Shown one piece after another: positions 39,814 through 44,497 of a DNA stretch of 44,497 nucleotides. Position 1 is the stretch's first letter; each line of letters opens with the position of its first letter. The translations under genes and the position numbers were made by a program. The notes below the pieces were generated by a model that saw only the letters and a program-made list of their open reading frames with translations, searched no databases and was not told the origin of the DNA. The stretch is from Burkholderiaceae bacterium (lineage in GTDB: Bacteria; Pseudomonadota; Gammaproteobacteria; Burkholderiales; Burkholderiaceae_F): contig DATLZG010000062.1 of the NCBI GenBank assembly GCA_035574095.1, forward strand, positions 1 to 44,497, in the 5' to 3' direction.

Positions 39814-41219
39814 GCTTCGCCCTGCGGCCCTACCAGGACGCCATCCTCGCGGAGGTCCGCGAGCACCTGCGCGCCGGTCGCCGCTCCATCCTGATTCAGG
39901 CGCCGACCGGCTCCGGTAAGACCGCGCTCACCGCGTACATGGCGGGCACCGCCGCCGAGCGCGGCCGCCGGGTCTGGTTCACCGTGCATCGCAGAGAATT
40001 GATCCGCCAGTCCATGCTCACCTTCGGCGAGGTCGGCATCGCGTACGGCGTCATCGCTGCCGGTTTCGCGCCAGATCCGCGCCGCCGGGTGCAGATCTGC
40101 GGGATCCAGACGCTCGGCCGCCGCGCCGAGCGGCTCAAGCGCCCCGACATCATTATCGTCGATGAGGCGCATCACATCGCGGCGAGCTCGTGGGCCGCGA
40201 TCCTCCAACAGTTTTCAGGCGCCATTGTCATCGGTCTCTCTGCCACGCCGGAACGGCTCGACGGGGCTGGGCTCTCAGCTCATTTCGAGGTCATGGTCTG
40301 CGGGCCGTCGACGGCGCAGCTGATCGCCGAGGGCTGGCTCGCGCCGTACCGCCTGTTCGCGCCGCGGCCGCCGGATCTCGCCGGCGTGCACACCAAGCTC
40401 GGCGATTTCGTGCGCGGCGAAGTATCGGCCGTGATGGACACGCCGCGCCTTACGGGAGACGCGATCCAGCATTACCTGCGCCTGGCGCGCGGCAAACGCG
40501 CGCTGGCGTTCGCCTGCTCGATCGAGCACAGCCGGCACATCGTCGAGCAGGCCCGAGCCGCCGGGATCCGCGCGGCGCACGTCGATGGAGAAACCCACCA
40601 TGTCGAACGAGACGCGGCCTTCCAAGCGTTCGCGCGCGGCGAAATCCAGTTCCTCAGCAACGTTGAGCTCGCGGGCGAAGGGGTCGATATCCCCGGTATC
40701 GAGGTTGCTATCCTCCTTCGCCCGACACAGTCCCTCGCCCTCTACCTGCAGCAAGTCGGCCGTTCTCTCAGACCCGCCGCCGGCAAAACCGAGGCCCTCA
40801 TCCTCGACCATGCCGGCAATGCGCTTCGCCACGGACTCCCCGACGACGAGCGGCTTTGGACGCTCGAGGGCCGCCGGCGCCGGCGCCTGGCTGACGCAGA
40901 AAATCAGGTTCCCATAAAAATATGCCCGCGCTGCTTCCTCGCGTGCGCATCGCCGGCAGCAGCGTGCAAGCACTGCGGATTCGTGTTTCCGGTCGAAGGC
41001 CGCCAAGTCGAAGAAGTCGCGGGCGAGCTGGTCGAGGTGGACCCCGACGTCGTGCGCGCGCAGCGTAAGCGTGAGGAGCGTCGGGCGTCGACGCTCGAGG
41101 ACCTGGTGGCGCTCGGCCGTGCCCGTGGCTACCGTTACCCCGAGCAGTGGGCGCAGTATGTCTACAGGGGGCGCAAGGCGGCGCGTGCGCGGTACGGGGC
41201 AGTGAGGTGGGGCACATGA
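39810..41219 (+). CDS. SF2 DEAD/DEAH-box helicase (469 aa) with C-terminal zinc ribbon
   Basis: Motifs: QAPTGSGKT, IIIVDEAHH, LSATPER, QQVGRSLR, CPRC...CKHCG. ATGA overlap; internal start of track ORF 39618..41219. Confidence 0.85.
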   Translation: MSFALRPYQDAILAEVREHLRAGRRSILIQAPTGSGKTALTAYMAGTAAERGRRVWFTVHRRELIRQSMLTFGEVGIAYGVIAAGFAPDPRRRVQICGIQTLGRRAERLKRPDIIIVDEAHHIAASSWAAILQQFSGAIVIGLSATPERLDGAGLSAHFEVMVCGPSTAQLIAEGWLAPYRLFAPRPPDLAGVHTKLGDFVRGEVSAVMDTPRLTGDAIQHYLRLARGKRALAFACSIEHSRHIVEQARAAGIRAAHVDGETHHVERDAAFQAFARGEIQFLSNVELAGEGVDIPGIEVAILLRPTQSLALYLQQVGRSLRPAAGKTEALILDHAGNALRHGLPDDERLWTLEGRRRRRLADAENQVPIKICPRCFLACASPAAACKHCGFVFPVEGRQVEEVAGELVEVDPDVVRAQRKREERRASTLEDLVALGRARGYRYPEQWAQYVYRGRKAARARYGAVRWGT

Positions 41220-41875
41220 GCGGGCCACACTGGAACCGTCGCGACATCCGTGTGCTGCGTAAGCTCTACCCGCACCGCCCGACACGGGAGGTTGCCGCGC
41301 GCTGCGGGCATTCGGTGTCCAGCACGTACAATATGGCGCGCCGTCTCGGGTGTAAGAAGTCCGCTGCCTACCTCGCGAGCCCGTACGCGTGCCGGTTGCG
41401 CCGCGGCGACAACGTCGGGGCCGCGTATCGCTTCCCCAAGGGCAACGTGCCGGCGAACAAAGGCCTGCGTCGCCCAGGCTGGCATTGCGGGCGCATGCGC
41501 GAGACATGGTTCAAGAAGGGCTGCCTTAACGGTGCGGCGCAAAAGAATTGGGTACCCATCAGTACCGAGGTCCTGGACGACGATGGATATCTGAAGCGCA
41601 AGGTCAGCGACGACCGCTCGAAGCCGGCGCGTTTCAATTGGCGCTACGTGCACGTGCTGCTCTGGGAAGCCGCCTATGGGCCGGTGCCACGTGGCTACGC
41701 CATAAAGTTCATCGACGGCGATCGGCGCCACGTCACGCTAAACAATCTTTGCATCGTCAGCCGCGCGGATCTCGCGCGGCTTAATAGCATGTGGAACCGC
41801 TACCCGCACGAACTCGCCGCGGTGATCCAGCTGCGCGGCGCACTCGTTCGACAAATCAATCGGAGACTACGATGA
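41216..41875 (+). CDS. HNH endonuclease (HNH_3-like, 219 aa)
   Basis: RYVHVLLWEAAYGPVPRGYAIKFIDGDRRHVTLNNL resembles the homing-type HNH core. ATGA overlap. Confidence 0.65.
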   Translation: MSGPHWNRRDIRVLRKLYPHRPTREVAARCGHSVSSTYNMARRLGCKKSAAYLASPYACRLRRGDNVGAAYRFPKGNVPANKGLRRPGWHCGRMRETWFKKGCLNGAAQKNWVPISTEVLDDDGYLKRKVSDDRSKPARFNWRYVHVLLWEAAYGPVPRGYAIKFIDGDRRHVTLNNLCIVSRADLARLNSMWNRYPHELAAVIQLRGALVRQINRRLR

Positions 41876-42147
41876 GAAACAAAATGCAGGATCTGCGTGA
41901 TCACCTGTTCGCAACACTCGAAGCGCTGCGTGATGGCGATAAGTCGATGTCGATCGATCGCGCCAAGGCGATCGCCGACGTGGCGCAGACGATCATTAAT
42001 TCGGCGACGGTCGAGGTTAAGTTCCTACAGGTGACGGGCGCGAAAAAGGGCACGGGTTTCATTCCGGAGGATGACGGCGCGCTGGCGATCGAAAGGACCT
42101 ACGCCGAGCGACGCGGCAAAGTCACTTACGTTCCGTCGTCGAAGTAA
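41872..42147 (+). CDS. hypothetical protein (91 aa)
   Basis: ATGA overlap. Confidence 0.5.
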   Translation: MRNKMQDLRDHLFATLEALRDGDKSMSIDRAKAIADVAQTIINSATVEVKFLQVTGAKKGTGFIPEDDGALAIERTYAERRGKVTYVPSSK

Positions 42148-42153
42148 CCTACG

Positions 42154-42537
42154 ATGGCGGAGTCGCGGCTATTGCGTGACATCCAGCTCGCGGCCGCGGA
42201 CCGCGGCGTGCGGCTGTTCCGCAATAACACCGGCAACGGCTACGTCGGCACGCTCGTGCGCCGGCTCCCGAGCGGCGAGGCGGTGCTGCGTGACTGGCGC
42301 CGGATCCAGTTCGGACTCTGTCCCGGCTCAGCGGACCTCATTGGCTGGCGCTCGCTCACCATTACGCCCGACATGGTCGGCAAACGGATAGCGCAGGTTG
42401 TCGCGATCGAGGCCAAGACCGGGGACACCCGGGCCACGGCCGAGCAGCTCGCGTTCCTGCGTGCCGTGCTCGAGGCGGGCGGTGTGAGCGGTATTGCGCG
42501 CTCGGTCGCTGCCGCGCGCGCCCTCATCTACGAGTAA
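42154..42537 (+). CDS. VRR-NUC domain nuclease
   Basis: GSADLIGW ... VVAIEAKTG...T..Q..F fits the PD-(D/E)XK VRR-NUC pattern. Confidence 0.75.
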   Translation: MAESRLLRDIQLAAADRGVRLFRNNTGNGYVGTLVRRLPSGEAVLRDWRRIQFGLCPGSADLIGWRSLTITPDMVGKRIAQVVAIEAKTGDTRATAEQLAFLRAVLEAGGVSGIARSVAAARALIYE

Positions 42538-42555
42538 CAATTCAGCGAGGGCCCA

Positions 42556-44497
42556 ATGGAAACACCGCACGCAGGTACCCGTATTAATTTCGAGGAACTC
42601 GCGGCGCGGCTCGCGTCGCGCGCGCACGAGCTCCTCCCGCAGTGGTTCCCCGCCGGCAAGTTTCGCGGTCATGAGTTCGTCGTCGGCAACCTCGCCGGCG
42701 ATCCGGGCGAGTCGCTGTCCGTCAACGTCGACACCGGTAAGTGGTGCGACTTCGCCACTGGCGAGAAGGGCGGCGACCTCATCAGCCTCTACGCCGCGCA
42801 GCACCGCGTCTCGCAGATCGAGGCGGCGCGCGCCCTGGCCGGCGATCCCGTCACCGCCGCGACCACGACGGCAAAACCGAAACCGGTCGAAAACTGGACG
42901 GCGATCCTGCCCGTCCCCGACAGCGCGCCGGCACCGCCCAACACGTACAGGCAGCAAATCGACGGCCAATGGCGCGCGCTCACCTTCGTTGCACGGTGGG
43001 CTTACCACGACACGCAAGGGCGACTCCTCGGCTACACGGTGCGCTTCACGGACGGCAAAGCGAAACAGATCGTTCCTCAAACCTTTTGCCGCAACGTCGC
43101 GGGGCGCGCCGAGTGGAAATGGAAATCCTTCCCAGTGCCGCGGCCGCTGTATGGGCTTGCGCGCCTCGCCGAGCGGCCCGAGGCGCCCGTGCTCGTCGTC
43201 GAGGGAGAAAAGTCGGCCGACGCCGCGCACACGCTGCTGGGCGACCGCTATGTGGTCGTCACCTGGCCCGGCGGCTGCAAGGCGCTGACATTCGCCGACT
43301 GGCGCTACTTGTACGGGCGTACCGTCCACCTGTGGCCAGACGCTGATGCCGAGGGGGTCGAGGCGATGCGCCGCTTGGGCGGCCTGCTGCATCCACACTG
43401 TCGCGACCTCAAGATTATCGACACGAGCGGCCAGCCGAGCGGCTGGGATCTCGCCGACGCTCAGGCCGAAGGCTGGGACTGGCCGCGCATCCGCGATTGG
43501 GGGCGCGCGCGCGCTAAGCCCTACGAGCCGGCCGACGTCGTCGATCTCAACGAGCACCGCCGCCGGCGGCCGCCGGCGGCGGTGCTGGACACAGCCGAGC
43601 GGCCGCGATTCGTCAGTCAACACCAGCTGTGGGACGAGTTCGGCCTCGATCTGAACGGCAACGGTATGCCGCTCGCGAACCTCAACAACGCGCTTAAGCT
43701 CTTCGAGCAACACGCCGAGCTTTCCGACTTGGTGCACTTCGATGAGTTCCACCAAAAATACTTCCACCGCGATGGGCGCGAGTGGCACGACGTCGACGAG
43801 CTCAATCTCGCCGCGTGGATGCAGCGCGCGATCGGCATCAGCCGCATGCCTGATGACCTCGTGCACAAGGCCGCCGTCATCGTCGCGCGCCGGCGGACGA
43901 GGAATGAGCCGCGCGACTGGTTCGACTCTCTCGCGTGGGACGGAACACCGCGGATCGACGCGTTTTTCTCCGACGCGCTCGGTGCCGACGACACCGACTA
44001 CACGCGTGCCGCGAGCCGCAACTTCTGGGTCGCGATAGCCGCGCGAATTTACCGCCCGGGCTGCCGCATGCGCAACGTTCCGGTGCTCGAGGGCCCACAG
44101 GAGCGTGGCAAGTCGAGTGCGCTCGCGCTGATCGGCGGGCCCTGGTACACCGAGGCCTCCGAGTCGGTGATGTCGAAGGATTTCCTGCAAGTGATCCAGG
44201 GCAAGCTTATCGTCGAGATCGCAGAGCTCGAGGCCTTCTCGCGCGCCGAGGTCGCGCGCATCAAGCAGGTGATCAGTAATCCGGTCGATCGGTTTCGGCC
44301 GCCCTACGCGCGCGCCCCGGGCGATTTTCGCCGCCAATGCGTTTTCGTCGCTACGACGAACTTGCACGAGTACCTGCGCGATACCACCGGCGGCACGCGG
44401 TTCTGGCCGATTCAGATAAGCGATATACGGCTCGATTTGATCGCGGACACCCGCACGCAGCTCTTCGCCGAGGCGGTGCACGCATTCAAGCATGGTG
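42556..44497 (+). CDS. DNA primase/helicase (Toprim + VirE/D5-like NTPase), 3'-truncated by window edge; not in ORF track
   Basis: I translated frame 1 from ATG 42556 to the window end and found no stop. Toprim motifs: VLVVEGEKSADAA ... LWPDADAEG. P-loop EGPQERGKSS and Walker B LIVEIAELE, then RFWPI. GAGGG RBS. Confidence 0.85.
   Translation, partial: METPHAGTRINFEELAARLASRAHELLPQWFPAGKFRGHEFVVGNLAGDPGESLSVNVDTGKWCDFATGEKGGDLISLYAAQHRVSQIEAARALAGDPVTAATTTAKPKPVENWTAILPVPDSAPAPPNTYRQQIDGQWRALTFVARWAYHDTQGRLLGYTVRFTDGKAKQIVPQTFCRNVAGRAEWKWKSFPVPRPLYGLARLAERPEAPVLVVEGEKSADAAHTLLGDRYVVVTWPGGCKALTFADWRYLYGRTVHLWPDADAEGVEAMRRLGGLLHPHCRDLKIIDTSGQPSGWDLADAQAEGWDWPRIRDWGRARAKPYEPADVVDLNEHRRRRPPAAVLDTAERPRFVSQHQLWDEFGLDLNGNGMPLANLNNALKLFEQHAELSDLVHFDEFHQKYFHRDGREWHDVDELNLAAWMQRAIGISRMPDDLVHKAAVIVARRRTRNEPRDWFDSLAWDGTPRIDAFFSDALGADDTDYTRAASRNFWVAIAARIYRPGCRMRNVPVLEGPQERGKSSALALIGGPWYTEASESVMSKDFLQVIQGKLIVEIAELEAFSRAEVARIKQVISNPVDRFRPPYARAPGDFRRQCVFVATTNLHEYLRDTTGGTRFWPIQISDIRLDLIADTRTQLFAEAVHAFKHG

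Larger units (their letters stand above)
1..44497. mobile_element. Temperate tailed-phage genome segment (podovirus-like) in vegetative gene order with internal attP
   Basis: Contiguous packaging, head, tail, lysis, integration, recombination, immunity and replication modules. int/xis and a tRNA 3' fragment lie mid-window with phage genes on both sides. The last gene runs off the window. Confidence 0.85.

Noticed and set aside
42328-44493. 721-aa minus-strand ORF, the longest track ORF at the right end
   Set aside because: It lies exactly antisense to a plus-strand frame with clear Toprim (EGEKSADAA, DADAEG) and VirE/P-loop (GPQERGKSS) motifs. Its own translation is Arg/Gly/Ala/Pro-rich with no motif. 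It is a typical stop-depleted shadow ORF in high-GC DNA.

Overview
The window reads as about 44.5 kb of a temperate, podovirus-like phage from a high-GC host. Genes are tightly packed, with many ATGA/GTGA/TAATG start-stop overlaps. Order left to right: (i) a small minus-strand operon with an HTH gene, then an AT-rich repeat-filled non-coding island (about 1150-1600); (ii) small and large terminase, a GNAT acetyltransferase, a T7-type portal, scaffold, major capsid and decoration protein; (iii) gp11/gp12-like tail tubular proteins, internal virion proteins including a 2306-aa giant, and a tail fibre; (iv) a low-GC antisense moron; (v) a lysis cassette with an M15 endolysin and several membrane proteins; (vi) a translationally coupled eight-gene operon of unknown function; (vii) an attP-like tRNA-Thr 3' fragment, a small cargo island, and integrase/excisionase; (viii) a leftward early operon with YqaJ exonuclease, RecT and many small ORFs; (ix) a cI/cro-like switch with repeated 17-bp operators; (x) a replication module of SF2 helicase, HNH, VRR-NUC and a Toprim/VirE primase that runs off the right edge. 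The supplied ORF track misses the edge-truncated primase and at least four plausible genes shorter than 60 aa. One of these is a clear CsrA/RsmA-family RNA-binding regulator (35315..35494, minus), which is my top candidate for something new. Most long minus-strand ORFs lying opposite the structural and replication genes are high-GC shadow ORFs. All family assignments come from motifs I recognise by eye; no searches were run. No rRNA, complete tRNA, CRISPR array, transposase or reverse transcriptase was seen.
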